From the NCBI RefSeq assembly GCF_009914755.1, contig NC_060946.1: a stretch of 64,000 nucleotides of DNA; one strand, 5' to 3'. Under the pieces are notes generated by a model. The model was not told the DNA's origin, did not search any database, and saw only the letters and a program-made list of their open reading frames with translations. The position numbers and the translations under genes are program-made. Position 1 is the first letter of the stretch. Each line of letters opens with the position of its first letter. Below are positions 1 through 19,729 of the stretch, in pieces. This DNA comes from the human T2T-CHM13v2.0 reference genome, Homo sapiens.

Positions 1-477
1 GCCTAAGCAATCATTTATTTCTCATTCTGTAGATGTAGTACATTTGACAACAACAATTAGATTTACTGTTCAACTTACTAGGTTTTGTCTTCTGCTACAA
101 GAGCAGACTACTGAAGAGGACATATTGGAATGTAACAAATGCTCCTAATAGTAATAAGAAAAGATGCTTGTCAAGAGGATAATGGGATATTGTTATAATA
201 CAGTGATGCTTTGAAAAAGGAAAATCCAACTTCTAAACTTCTTTTGAGAGAAATGCAACATTTTTTCTCACTGAAATAAGATGTAATGTAGATCAATAAC
301 ACTGAGTTTCTCTGAAGTAAGAAAAAAACAATAGTAATCAGGATTTAAAGACAGATACAAAAAAAAAAAAAATAGGTGACTATTTCTTTCATTCCAAAGC
401 ACATAGGATTATTCAAGTCTATTTTCTACCTCAAAAGCCATCAGCAGAAAATAGGCTGATCTCAAATTTTAAAATCA

Positions 478-1364
<887 letters not shown>

Positions 1365-2374
1365 TAATCTGTCTTTTCAGTCAGTGAGCTATTACGAAAT
1401 TAAAGAACAGCGAAATTTTAATTTTATGTACCTTTCTAAGCTGTTAGAAAAACAATTGAATCCGATACCTAATTGGGTTGGGGAAAGGCATCAGGAACAG
1501 AAAGTAAAAAATAATAATAATAATTCCAACCTTCCTTATAGGAATTCCAGCAGGGAACACTAAGAAAAGCACTCTGAGCACAAGACTAAACAAGCATCTT
1601 TCACAGGAAAAAAAGAGAAGCTAACGTTCATTTACTGTCTATTATTCATTCATTTCTTCAGTTGACAAAAATTTGTCAATTGAAGATTCAGCAATGAATA
1701 AAGACTAAACAGGTCTCTACTCAAGAAGATTTCCTTCTAGTGGGAGAAACAGACAACAAACAGAAAAACGAATTAATGAGATAATTTCACAGTCATGAGT
1801 GAAACGGATTTCTAGCCAAGATGGTTCTGTATGTTCATACTTTGGGGATGTCTCCCTTCTCCAAATATAGAGCAATGAGAGAGAAAATGCAAATGTGAAA
1901 ATTAAAAAGATACAGTCATGCTCAAAACCAAGATTAACATCTTCATGGAACAGAAACAAATAATGGTAAGGAGAGGCTGAAGCTGTGGACCTTTGGGGCT
2001 CTGGGTACAGAAAATGTCAGAGAAAATCAGGAGCTCAACTGCTGAAGGCTACAGTGTCAATTCAAGATAGGAGTGCTGAATATGGATCCCTGCTTGAGAT
2101 TATGCTCAGGTATTAGGATCCCCACTTACAAAGGAAGCTGAAATAACCTGTCATCAGTCACAGCCTGGGGTTGTGGCTTCTAAAAGTATTAGACTCGGAT
2201 AGGTGAGAGAACACAAACCTCTCTAGCAATTAAAATACAGCATCCTTTGGTCTAGGGACCAGATCTGCAATATCTCTGATACCAGCAAAAGAAAGCAATC
2301 CCAAGCTGCCAGTAAGTCCTGAATGTGGATGAATAGTTCTGGGTGTCAGGAGGAGGCAAAATGAAAGACTGTTA

Positions 2375-2832
<458 letters not shown>

Positions 2833-2903
2833 ATATATAGAAAGTATTTAAAACTGAGTACACGTAGTCTTAAAAGATAATGAAAAGGATAACATTTAAT
2901 TTA

Positions 2904-3316
<413 letters not shown>

Positions 3317-4859
3317 CCTCACTAGACAGAAAAATTCTAAGTGGGCACCTACGAAAGGAGAATAAATGAACTGAAAGATGATCTAATCACAATGCAGCAT
3401 GGAGATATGAAACAAAAAAAAGTTTTAAAAAGCTGCTGAAAGCCATTAAAAATGACAGAGTAATCCAATGTATATTTAACGGAAATTAAGCAGAAAAAGT
3501 GTTCAAGGAGATGGAGGAAAAGTAATGTTTTAAGAGCTATATGCTAAAATTAAAGATGTGAGTTGTCATGTGAAAGTGCAAACAGGAGTTAAGTAGATAC
3601 TATGTCTGAGAAGGTCGCAGAACACTGCAGAAAGAACAGCAAGTCCTGCTTCTGGTTCTGGTGGCTCCCTCTCACAAGATCAACCCAGGAGGTACTATAA
3701 AGGAACGACATCAAAATGAGAAGAAAACTGAAAGGCCCCCGGGGAGACACAGAGCTCTTTTGAACTGGTAAATGTGTGTGAGAGTGAGTAGGGGTGTCGG
3801 TGCTGGCTTTATCCTGGGACGGAAGGAAGGGAGTCTGCAGTGACAAGATAACATAGGAAGAAAAGTATCATAATGACACTCCATTTGCTGCCCTGCAACT
3901 GGCCTCCACAGCTACTGGGACTCAGGCAGCTGTACTCAGGAGTACCTTCCAGTCTGTGCAGAAGCCGAGTGGGCAAGGAGCTGAGAAAATCTGGGGGCGA
4001 CTGGGGTAGGCTTGGGAAGATGCTTCTTCACCCTTCCTCTTCCTGTCCCCCAGGTGGGCATGTGGTTTGCAATTTAAGAAGTGTCTCCCCCTAAGGCTAC
4101 TTCTTCTTGGGGTATTAAGAATTAATTCATAACTTGAGGCATTGATCCTTAGGGTGAGAAATGATCAGCTTAGGTCTTATGGGGGTGAAGGGGAAGAAAT
4201 ACTCTTCACTCTAGAGTCCATTTCCTTCACCTCCCACTTAAGCTGATAGGGAGCAGACAGATTAAGCTCTAGCCTTTAGCAATACTTAAAAAAAGCAGCC
4301 ATTACCTCTAAAGATAACCAGCCATTGGAGGAGCATAACTATTTCAAAAGAAAAATTAAAAACTGAATCACTGATTTCATCAGAAGCCCAGATATTAGAA
4401 AACATAGACCAAGAATTTAAAATAAATTTACTAAACATACCAAGATAAATAAAAAGGGATATAAGTAATATGAAACAGGAAGACATGATATAAAGAAGAA
4501 ACATAAATACTGAATATTACATATAAAAATAGAATAGTTGAAATAGAGAATATAGATGATATTTAAAATTGAATGGATATAGCTGAGAATAAATTACTAA
4601 GCTGGAAGATCAAATTGAGGAACTCACAGAAAAAAGAAAACAAATAGAAACTATAAAGAAAAGTGAAGAGATATAAAGATAGAGAATTACTAATATCCAG
4701 ATAATAAGAGTCCAAGAAAGATAAAAAAGTGAAAATCAACAGTAGAAAATGATTGAAGAAAAATCGAGATAACTTTCACAGGACTAAATAGAGATGAAAA
4801 ATCCTCCAACTGAAAAGTCCCATGGGTGAGAAAGAGGAAAGAAAAGAAAACCACACTTA

Positions 4860-6300
4860 CGCATACTGTAGTAAAATTAAGTCTTTTCAACAAATAGTGT
4901 TGAAACAACTGGATATACTTGGGCAAAAAAAAAAAAAAAAATTAAAAGCCCTTTATCTATACACTTCACACCTTACACAAAAATTAATTCAAAATAGATC
5001 ACAGACCTAAACGTAAAACATGACACTTTTAGGAGAAAACCTGTGTGACATTGTTTAGGCAAAGAGTTCTTAGATATGACACCAAATGCATGATTTTCAA
5101 AAACTGAAAAATTTGACTTCATTGAAATCTTAAAATTTTGCTCTGTGAAAGATATTGTTAAAAAGAAAACACAAGCCACAAACGGAGAGAAAATATACAC
5201 AGATCACATATCTGACAAAGAACTTATATCCAGAATATGTGAAGAACTCAAAACTCAATGGTAAAAAGAAAACCAATTCAATTAGAAAATGGATAAAAGA
5301 TGTGAACATATGAATAAGGTCAAAGATAAGTTATAATGCCACAAATAAGCACATGAAAAGATATTCAACATCATTAGCCATTTGGAAAATGCAAATTAAA
5401 ATCACAATGAGATATCATTACAGACCTATTAGAAGAGCTAAAATTAAAATAGCAGTAATACCAAAAGTTGGTTAGGATGCAGAGCTACTGGATCTTTTAT
5501 GCATTGCTCATGGGAATATAAAATGGTATAGCCACTCTGGAAAATAGTTTGACTATTTTTGCAAAACTTGGCACACACTTACCGTACAACCCTACAACTC
5601 TCTGACATTTATCCCCGAGATATGAAAACTTCACACAAAAATATGTACACAAATATTCACAGCAACTTTATTCATCATAGCTAAAGAAGGAAACATCCGA
5701 ATATTCTTCAATGAATGAATGGTTGAACAAAATCTGGTATATCCTGACAGTGGAACATACTCAGCAACAAAAAGGGATGCATTACTGATTCATGTGACAA
5801 CCTGTCGGCCCCCCAGGAGCATTACACTGAGCGAAAAAATTCCATCTCAAAAGGCTGCATACTGTCTCATTCCATTTATATAACGTTATAGACATGACAA
5901 ACACTGCAGAGATGGAGAAAATATTATTGCCAGAGGATGAGTTGGGAGTGGGGTGGGTAGCACGAGGCACTTCTTTTGTGGTGATGGAACAGTTCTATCT
6001 CTTCATTGTGGCTCTGTTTACACGTATCTATACATGGGATATAATTACATAGAACCACACACACAAAAACACAAATACAAGTTTAAAAATCTGAACAGTG
6101 AATTGAAAAGTTGAACAATGAATAAGGGCTGCAATCCAGTTGGTACTAATTAATATACCAATATCCGTTTTCTGGTTTTGATGTTGTGCTGCAACCATAC
6201 AACATGCCAACAGTGGCACAAGCTGAGAGAAGGGCATACGGGACTCTGTACTATTTTTGCAACTTCCTGTGAGTATACAATTATTTCATAGTAAGAATTC
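4860..6300 (+). mobile_element. Old L1M 3' region
   Basis: Degenerate ORF2 end motifs (GGAAAATGCAAATTAAAATCACAATGAGATATCA) and an L1M-type 3' UTR. Confidence 0.7.
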
Positions 6301-6654
6301 TTTTTAATGGGTAGAAAAAGACTATTCAACAAATTAAATATTGCCTATCCACAAGGGTACAAAGAAGGACTCTATCTTCTACTATACAGAAAAATTCTAG
6401 AGGACATAAGGACCTCAACACTTAGAAGAAAAAATAAGAGATTTTATTATATTAGGGTAAGAAATAATTTCTCAAGATTTTTTTAATAGCACAGACCATA
6501 AAACTTTGATAATTTGACCTTATTAATATTTAAAGCCTTGAATAACAAAAGACACCAAAAGCAAAGTTAAAAGACAAGCACAATTTCTCTTGGAACACAT
6601 GAAGCTGCAAAAGACAAATTTAAAAAAAACCCAAAACATAAAAACACATCATCC

Positions 6655-6811
6655 GCTAGGGCCTCCAGAAAGAACACAGCCCTACGGACACCTTGATTTT
6701 AGCCCAGTGAGCCCTGGGTCAGGCTTCTAACCTACAGAAGATAATAAATTTGTTTGTTTTAAGGCACAAAACTTGCAGTGATTTATTACAGCAGCTATAG
6801 GAAACTATAGA
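6655..6811 (+). mobile_element. MLT1 LTR 3' fragment abutting the donor of the 119-nt exon
   Basis: GCCTCCAGAAAGAACACAGCCCT..GACACCTTGATTTTAGCCCAGTGAG...TTATTACAGCAGCTATAGGAAACTA, a typical MLT1 3' end. Confidence 0.75.
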
Positions 6812-6816
6812 CTTAC

Positions 6817-6935
6817 CTCTGTTGATTTCCAACCATGAATCTTGAGTGGAAGTGTTTCCTGGGACAACATAGTTTCTGTAGGCAAATGAACATCTTGGCA
6901 ATGCTCTTGTTTCAATCCTGCCTTGCACACATTTC
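6817..6935 (-). CDS. ENTHD1: ENTHD1 third coding exon (119 nt, phase 1-0)
   Basis: Acceptor TTGTTGACAG|GA and donor GAG|GTAAGT. Reads (R)NVCKAGLKQEHCQDVHLPTETMLSQETLPLKIHGWKSTE in frame with the previous exon; 349+243+119=711 nt=237 codons. This frame is absent from the ORF track. Confidence 0.9.
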
Positions 6936-7177
6936 CTGTCAACAATATAAAGCTTAAGATTTTACTTTGGCAAAACACAGTTATGTTTTTATATTAGTTC
7001 CCAATTTGTAAGTTAATCACTTCTGAAGATACCTTTTTTTCCTGCTAAATATAAACCATCTGCCAGTGGTAACCTATGAGTGTTAATCACTTTAATATGT
7101 CTCTTTGTAATAAGTGAGAAGTTCAGACTGATTTTAAAAATACAACTTAAATTCTTAAGAAAATAAAATTATTTTCT

Positions 7178-7321
7178 TTATATTTGACAAATATTCATAC
7201 AAATTTATAATGCACTTATGTGGTTTTGATTGACTGCATACTAACAATAATTATGATAAGTCAATCTAGAATAAATATTAAAATCTTTGGTCAGAGAAAA
7301 TTTAGAAAAATAATTTAAATT
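7178..7321 (+). repeat. Dispersed direct repeat, copy A (copy B at 9625-9768)
   Basis: About 144 bp with 7 substitutions by manual alignment (~95% identity). Confidence 0.92.
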
Positions 7322-7619
7322 CTAGCCCTTTCCTACATCAACAACTCTGTTATAACATTACTTAGTCATCTTTTCTAAAAAATAAGGTTTAATGTAGTAT
7401 AGAAAATAGAGTTTGAAAAAGTGAAAAGTATTCAAATAAAATTTTAGCAAAGCAGGAATGAGAACTGTAATTATTTTAATTAATATTTTAAAGAACTTTA
7501 TTACTGCAGTGTGAATTTGATGTGTTCTAAGAGAAACTAATCAGAAATGTATAGATTATTAGATAAAAGAACTCAACACAATTTTTAAATTTTGATTTGA
7601 ACATAAAAGAATACACCTG

Positions 7620-7995
7620 TGATATGGTTTGGATTTGTGTCCCCACCCAAGTCTCATGTCATATTGTAATCACCAATGTTAGAGGAGGGGCTTGGTGGGA
7701 GGTGATTGGTTCATGGGGCAGATTTCCCCCTTGTTCTTGTGATAGTGGATTCTCATGAGAGCTGGTTGTTTAAAAGTGTGTAGCACCTCCCGCTTCGCTC
7801 TCTTCCTCCTTCTCCAGCCATGTAGGACATTCTTGCTTCCCCTTTGCCTTCCGCTATGATTGTAAGTTTCCTGAGGCTTCCTCAGCCATGCTTCCTGTAC
7901 AGCCTGCAGAACCATAAACCAATTAAACCTCTTTTCTTTATCAATTACCCAGTCTCAGGTAGTCCTTTATAGCAATTTGAGAATGTACTAATACA
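7620..7995 (+). mobile_element. MaLR solo LTR (MSTA-like)
   Basis: TGATATGGTTTGGATTTGTGTCCCCACCCAA...ACTAATACA; 5-bp TSD ACCTG/ACCAG. Confidence 0.88.
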
Positions 7996-8181
7996 ACCAG
8001 TGAAAATAAACTGATATTTCTGTTTATATCTTTTTGCTAAACAATATTTTTATAGTCCTAATCTTTCCCTTGCTATGTTAATTACTATATATTAGTACCA
8101 ACTCTAAAAAGTCTAATCTGAAAGTATTAGTACCAACTCTATCTCAGCATATCATTGGGCACAATAAAAAGTATAAGAAAA

Positions 8182-10190
8182 ACTACCTTCAAATTGGTAT
8201 ATACACACTACTGGAGATATGTAAAGATTTCCCAAGGGCTAGGTGGGCATAGATAGTTTTAAAGGAAGCAATTTCCAGATCCGCAACTTCCACCTATGTT
8301 CTTACCAAAAACTGATCTGCCTGAGAATGCAACTATGCAGAGGTATCAGGCTAGTTCTTTCCCCTTTCCCTCTAATAATCAATTTTCTCCCATTTTACAA
8401 AAGAAAGGCATATCTTCACCCATCTTATTATGATATCTTCCCAAGCATAAGAACCTCTAAGGCACCAAATAATAGTTAAAAATACGAACATAGAGGAAGC
8501 CTCCTTTAATCAAAGCAGAAAAAAACTAATGGTCTGTCTGTCCAGACATTTCTTTTAATGGGAAAGCATGGCATAAATAACAAGGTATTTTGGTCCACAC
8601 CAGCATGTTTGGTATTCTGATATATTACAGTACGAGGCAGCAGGACAGATGACAAGTTTTGTTTAATGTCCTTGTGTTTTTCATTCCTCACCTATTATCA
8701 AAGAATGCATTATTCCTAAGGAAGAGTCCCCTGAGAGTAAAGCCAGGCAAGCATGAGAGGCAGGGGTGCCATATGTCACCAATGCAACAAACTCCTGATG
8801 AGGCTGCATGCCTTTGCCATCCATCTTAGGAAAGGATTCAGGAGTGTGAAGACAATCAGGACAACATCTGTTTATACATTTATTTGAATAAAGTAAGACA
8901 TTTTCTGAAGGAAACTTTAAATCTGATTTGGCTAGTTGTCTTAACAATGAGAGTTGGCTTTACCAACCTAGATTATATGGTAAATATTTTCCAAAAATTG
9001 AATGAACCAAATCTGAGGTTCTGTAGAGTTGATGAAAGTATATTTACAGCATATGATACAATAAAATTATTTTCTCAAAAAATTGTATTGACAGATATAC
9101 TGCAATTAATATTTTAATTTTTCTCACACTTTCTGAGTATATTCGGTTAAATTAAAGTATAACAGGTTTAATTAATAGTTATTTAATAAATTTTAGTATG
9201 AATTTTTTTGGTATTCTTCCCAGAAATTGAGAAAGTAAATTACTCCTTATGACTGTTTAACAAGTCTTTTTCTAAGTAGGGTGTTTCTAATTCTTTGCTT
9301 TTAGCAACACTGAAAAATGACTTCATCAAGTTAACAGTCAACAAGAGATAAAAATATATTTTATAATAAATCACTATATAATTTCCAGCATATTACTTGG
9401 AAGAAATTCATAGAATTGACTGACACTATTATAATAAAGCACCTTCTTGTCCCATCTATGATTTAGGTGAACAAGTTTTCTCAGCATTTATCTTTATACA
9501 AATATAAATAAAATAGAGGCAGGATTTCTGCTGAGCCCTGCTTGTAGCTAGCAATCAGTCACACTCCTATGTGGGCAAACGAGCAGTTCCAATTATCTCA
9601 TAAAACCATATATTTCTAATAAAATTATATTTAACAAATATTCATACAAATTTATAATGCATTTATGTGGTTTTGATTGACTGCATACTAACAATAATTG
9701 TAATAAGTCAATCTAGAAGAAATATTAAAACCTTTGGTCAGAGAAAATTTAGAAAAATAATTTCAATTTTATATCTATTTGATGTAGAGAAGATTTCCAA
9801 GCATAAAAATATTTTATATTAGAATAAAATTCTGCAAGAAATGTAGAATAAACATATGACTTCAGAGAGAAAAGGGAATAATGTAAAATTTCTAACAGTT
9901 AAGGACTTCATGTATTTTTTTTTAAATGAATGACTACAGTTATCAATCACAATGGTATTTAGATTCCCTTAGATACATTTAAAAGATGGATATAACTTAA
10001 CAGTTTGCTTGTTTTTTCTTTTCTTTTGTCCTTAATGTCAATATTTACAACGTGCCAGAATTATATCCTTTGCAGTTATTTATACTTATAAAACTTCATA
10101 TATCAACTCAAAAATGTGTGAGGAGGTACATAGTGTTTCAAAATCATTTTAGGGGTTATGCAAAACAAAAAAAAATACTGAAAAGCGGTA
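8182..10190 (+). mobile_element. hAT-Charlie DNA transposon fossil (Charlie7-like)
   Basis: Peptide LDYMVNIFQKLNEPNL...IFTAYDTIKLF (ORF 8884-9117) resembles the hAT motif LAYLxDIFxKLNxLN. Degenerate termini CTTCAAATTGG... / ...GGGGTTATGCAAAACAAAAAAAAATACTGAAAAGC. Confidence 0.6.
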
Positions 10191-11734
10191 ATATAAGGCA
10201 CAGTCTTTACCTTCTAGAAGTTTATAGCCTGACTAGGTATATAAGTCTAACATACAGACTTACAGGAAACAGAGAACAATTATATGCTAAACGTTCTTGA
10301 ATTAATTAATTTTAGGAACAGATACTCTAAGGAGGAAAACAACAATGTGCACCAGAGTAATCAAAAACAACCACAAAGAGGAAGTAAAATTTGAACAAGG
10401 CTTTGAAGGACGGCTAGGATTCCAATAAGGGTAGAGGCAAAGATAAATTACTCCGAGCAGAAGGACCTACGTGGGCAAAGGGAGAAAGTATGGTAGATGC
10501 CAGAGATACTGAAGAAATAAGAATCTTTCATTTATGGTTGTAACTTTTCATTTTGTTTTAACTTCACATAAAAGTGAATAATTAAAATGAGCTTATTTGG
10601 GGCTTGGAGATTTTGTAGCTAATATTGGCAAAGAGTGGTGACTTGGGGCTTAGATCATCTATCTACTTTCACTGGATTTAATCAACTACATTATCACTTG
10701 CTCGGCATTCAGCAACTAAATTATCTTGGAAATCATATGGTCTTAGGTTTTAGACATTACAGAAGTAGATTAGTAAAAATGTCAGATGGTCAATTTTGAA
10801 GTAAATTTTGAGAGAAACTGAAGAATAGCAAGAAATGTGAAAGAAAAAATATCTTGCATGTTGGAGATGCATTTTGGCCTAGAATAGCCTAAATGTAGTA
10901 AACCTATCTTATGAGGCAAGAAAGAAAGCAATTAGAATATAGTGGGTCTATGGAAACTCATTAAATTTTTCTTTCAGTATCAGATAGCATAACACTGGAA
11001 GTGAGGTGTGCTTAATTAGATTTGGTAATTACACAACATTTATTTCTGGATTTTCACAAGCAAGTAGGAGAGAACATACATTTAGTTCCTTATAGTTCCT
11101 TAGTGGAAATGAGATCCCTTTGGTCTTGTAAGCTACTTATCAATTGACACTGTGAAGTCACAAGCCAGTGAAGACTAGTATGTGAATGAGAAACCTCAGA
11201 GGAAAAAGTAATGATGCTGCAGGAAATGAAGCCATTGAGTCATTCAAAGATGAGTGCTTCGATACCAAGGTTGTAAGTACTTTGTGGAAACTATCTAGAA
11301 AGAAGCTGTACATCCCACTGAGCCCGCACCACTCAGATAATACCACAAAGCAGAACTTGTGAACCCTCCGATATTTCTTAGATGAGATATCAAACTGACG
11401 TTCAAATTATCAGGCATTAGCAATGCACCATACATTTTGGAAATGCAACGCTCCATAAGTTGAACAGATTTCCAAATTGTTCCATTTATTATTTAGCATA
11501 TAATAACCATGTCCTTTTAGGTGTAATGTAAGTGAATTAAATAATTTGCTTAAAAAATTAATTTTTAGTAACAGACAGATATATTGCATTATAGAAAATA
11601 TTCAGTGGGCTAAGGAAGAGCTAGTAAGATCTAAAAGTCAAGTCTCATGGTGCTTAAATTTATATCTAACTTTTACAGAATTGTGAATTTGGAACCTTGA
11701 CTCCAATTTCGTTGTTTTGGCACATAGTTAAGCA

Positions 11735-12015
11735 TCTTTTTTTTTTTTTGAGACGGAGTCTCGCTCTGTCGCCCAGGCTGGAGTGCAGTGGCGTGATCTC
11801 AGCTCACTGCAAGCTCCGCCTCCCAGGTTCACCATTCTCCTGCCTCAGCCTCCCGAGTAGCTGGGACTACAGGCACCCACCACTGCCCCTGGCTAATTTT
11901 TTGTATTTTTAGTAGAGACAGGGTTTCACCGTGGTCTCGATCTGCTGTCCTCGTGATCCACCCACCTCGGCCTCCCAAAGTGCTGGGATTACAGGTGTGA
12001 GCCACCGCGCCTGGC
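11735..12015 (-). mobile_element. AluY-like
   Basis: GCAAGCTCCGCCTCC, CpG-rich; TSD TTAAGCATCTT. Confidence 0.9.
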
Positions 12016-12253
12016 TAACTTAAGCATCTTAAAGTAGTTGGTATTTGTCATATTTTTTTTAACTTTGATTTTGTAATAATTTTAAGCTTACAGAAAAGTA
12101 ACAAGAATAGTACAAAGAATGCCCATATGGTCTTCATCCCAGATTCACCAATTGTTAACATTTTGCCCCATTTGCTTTATTCTCTATTCTCATTATCTAT
12201 TTATGTACACATATTATTACTGTCCTATATTTTAAATCTAGAGGAAAAGCCAT

Positions 12254-14925
<2,672 letters not shown>

Positions 14926-15002
14926 GACACAATCTCTATGTTTCTGCTTTATTGCTCTGCTTCCATTTACCTGAGAAATGCTTCAAAACACAGGAGATGG
15001 AG

Positions 15003-15148
15003 TGTACAATTACTGTACATCTTTCTTGGTAGATGAATTTTGAGATTAAAGATGTACAATTACTGTACATCTTTCTTGGTAGATGAATTTTGAGATTAAA
15101 GATGTACAATTACTGTACATCTTTCTTGGTAGATGAATTTTGAGATTA
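15003..15148. repeat. Perfect tandem repeat, 50-bp unit, 2.9 copies
   Basis: TGTACAATTACTGTACATCTTTCTTGGTAGATGAATTTTGAGATTAAAGA starts at 15003, 15053 and 15103 (last copy 46 nt), with no mismatches. Confidence 0.97.
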
Positions 15149-16169
15149 CTAGGGGAAAGGCATTTTTAAGGTGAAAAGAGAAGAATAAGAAAGCAGAGAT
15201 GTTTAAGTAGATTTTTAAAATTAAATTTGAAATAGGTAGATAAGAAAAGTGAAAAAGAACCAACTTTACTGCTGGAGATCTTAAAAATGGAGTTGAGACA
15301 ATTTTATTTCAGTATTTTGCTAACAATAGCATATAAAATTTGAGACACTGCCAGTAGTTCTCACTTAAGAATAATGAGAAACAGGGAAATTCACAAACCA
15401 AGTTAGAAGCTCAGCTCCAGGGACAAGGAAAAATAAACAGTCACTACAAAAGCAAGTTTTAATATTCAGTAGCTGACTCCTGGGTTAAGATAGCAAAATG
15501 AAACTGCAACACAGAATTCCCATCACCCAGTACGCAATGAGGTTTTTTTAAAAAAGTCAATAGTAATCTAACATAGAAACAGATATAACTAAAATTTCTA
15601 AAAGAAAAAGAATCAAAATAACTGGTGGCCAAGCAAAGAAACAAGATCTAGGACATCCCTTCTCCCCCAAAAGCAATACTGGTAAGATGACAAAAATCTT
15701 AGAGTTCTCATCAATATCCACATGTCTGGAAAAAAAGAGAACTGAATGGAGAATGCTTTCTTCCCACTTATGACGGAGGAGAGGTGAAAATAGCTAGAGA
15801 AAAAAATGGGTGTAACAGAGTAAATAAAGGTGCTTACACTTCAATGGGCATGAAAGCTACAGTTTGACACTGAATTGGGCGAAGGATCTAAAGCTTGAAG
15901 GCATCTCTCCCCCACAGGAATAGGATACATACCTCAACTAGGTAGAATGAGCAGGACCTCGTATAAGAGACTCAAAAACAGAACAGAGTTCAGGTATTCT
16001 AAAGAAGACCATACATGGCCTCAGCTGAGATCTGCTACAGAAAAATGGATTAAAAAAAAAAAAAAAGCCCACAGACTGCAGCCTGGTGGAGAAAACAAAC
16101 TGATCTCAGATATGGCGGGAAGAGTCAAGAAATCACTAAGTGTTTCTGAACAAACAACAGCCAAAGTTT

Positions 16170-16370
16170 ATTGTGCTGACTCTGTATTAGCCCATTTACT
16201 TCTTATAACAACTCCATCACAGGGCCCATGTTAACCCCATTTTACAGAAGGTGAAATTACAGCACAAGGGCTTAAGTAGCCAGTCCAAGGTCATACAACC
16301 AGTCAGGATTCAAATGCAGACAGTATGGCTCCAGGACCTGAGCCCTTAACCGTTATACTCTACCACCTTC
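16170..16370. mobile_element. MIR
   Basis: CCCCATTTTACAGAAGGTGAAATTACAGCACAAG...CCAAGGTCATACA core. Confidence 0.65.
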
Positions 16371-17187
16371 AAGAGACAGTGCCTAGTGAGAGCTGCCTAA
16401 GCATCAGCAAGATGTGAAGAAATGGCCTGGCAACTAAACAAACACATTCCGGTAGAAAAACGAGCAGAGAAGGAGGGAAGGAGAAGCATGAAAGGGAAAG
16501 AAAGGGAGATGGCATGCATAAAAGAAAGATCCCAAATGCAGAAGAAAATGTAGCTCAAGAAACAGAAGGAAAATTCCTCACAATATGGCATTCATTTTTG
16601 AAGTTATTGTAAATTATATCTTTCATAAAATTCGTAATTGTTTCTTGTCACTACATAATACAAAGCTAAGCATTTAAAAAATGTTTCTTGGCCTTACATG
16701 TTTCCTGTTTTTCTAGAAATGATTTTCATATTTGCTTCCTCTTTTTCTGTTGAGCTACTCTTTTCTCATTGATCTGCAAGAATTTTTTATATATTCTGGA
16801 TACTAATCCTTTGTCAGTTATATGCGTTGGAAAATTTTCCCATTTTGCGGCTTTTTTTTTCACTTTTACATGGTGTTTTTTTTTCCCCTCAAAATCTACT
16901 ACAAAACTATAGTAATCAAAATAGGGTGGTTCTGACACAAAACCAGACATATAATCTGTTCCAATGGAACAGAACAGAGAGCCCAGAAATAAATCCATGC
17001 ATTTATGGCCAACTGATCAACAAAGGTACCAAGAATACACAATGGGAAAGGACAGTTTCTTTGATAAGTGGTGCTGGGAACACTGGATAATCCACCACAC
17101 ATATAAAAATCAACTAAAAATGGATAAAAGATTTAAAATGCCAGACCTGAATCTGTAAAACTACTAGAAGAAAACATAGGGAAAAGT

Positions 17188-18680
<1,493 letters not shown>

Positions 18681-18763
18681 CGGGGAAAAACTTCTTGATA
18701 TTGATCTGGGCAAAGAACTTTTGTATATGACCCCAAAAGCACAGAAAATAAAAGGTAATACAG

Positions 18764-19718
<955 letters not shown>

Positions 19719-19729
19719 AATGTCAAATT

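Noticed and set aside
6719-6928. ORF-track peptide MQGRIETRALP… over the 119-nt exon
   Set aside because: Wrong frame; splice phase gives RNVCKAGLKQEH….
15003-15148. Palindromic repeats resembling a CRISPR array
   Set aside because: The units are contiguous and identical with no unique spacers, the context is a human intron, and there are no cas-like ORFs.
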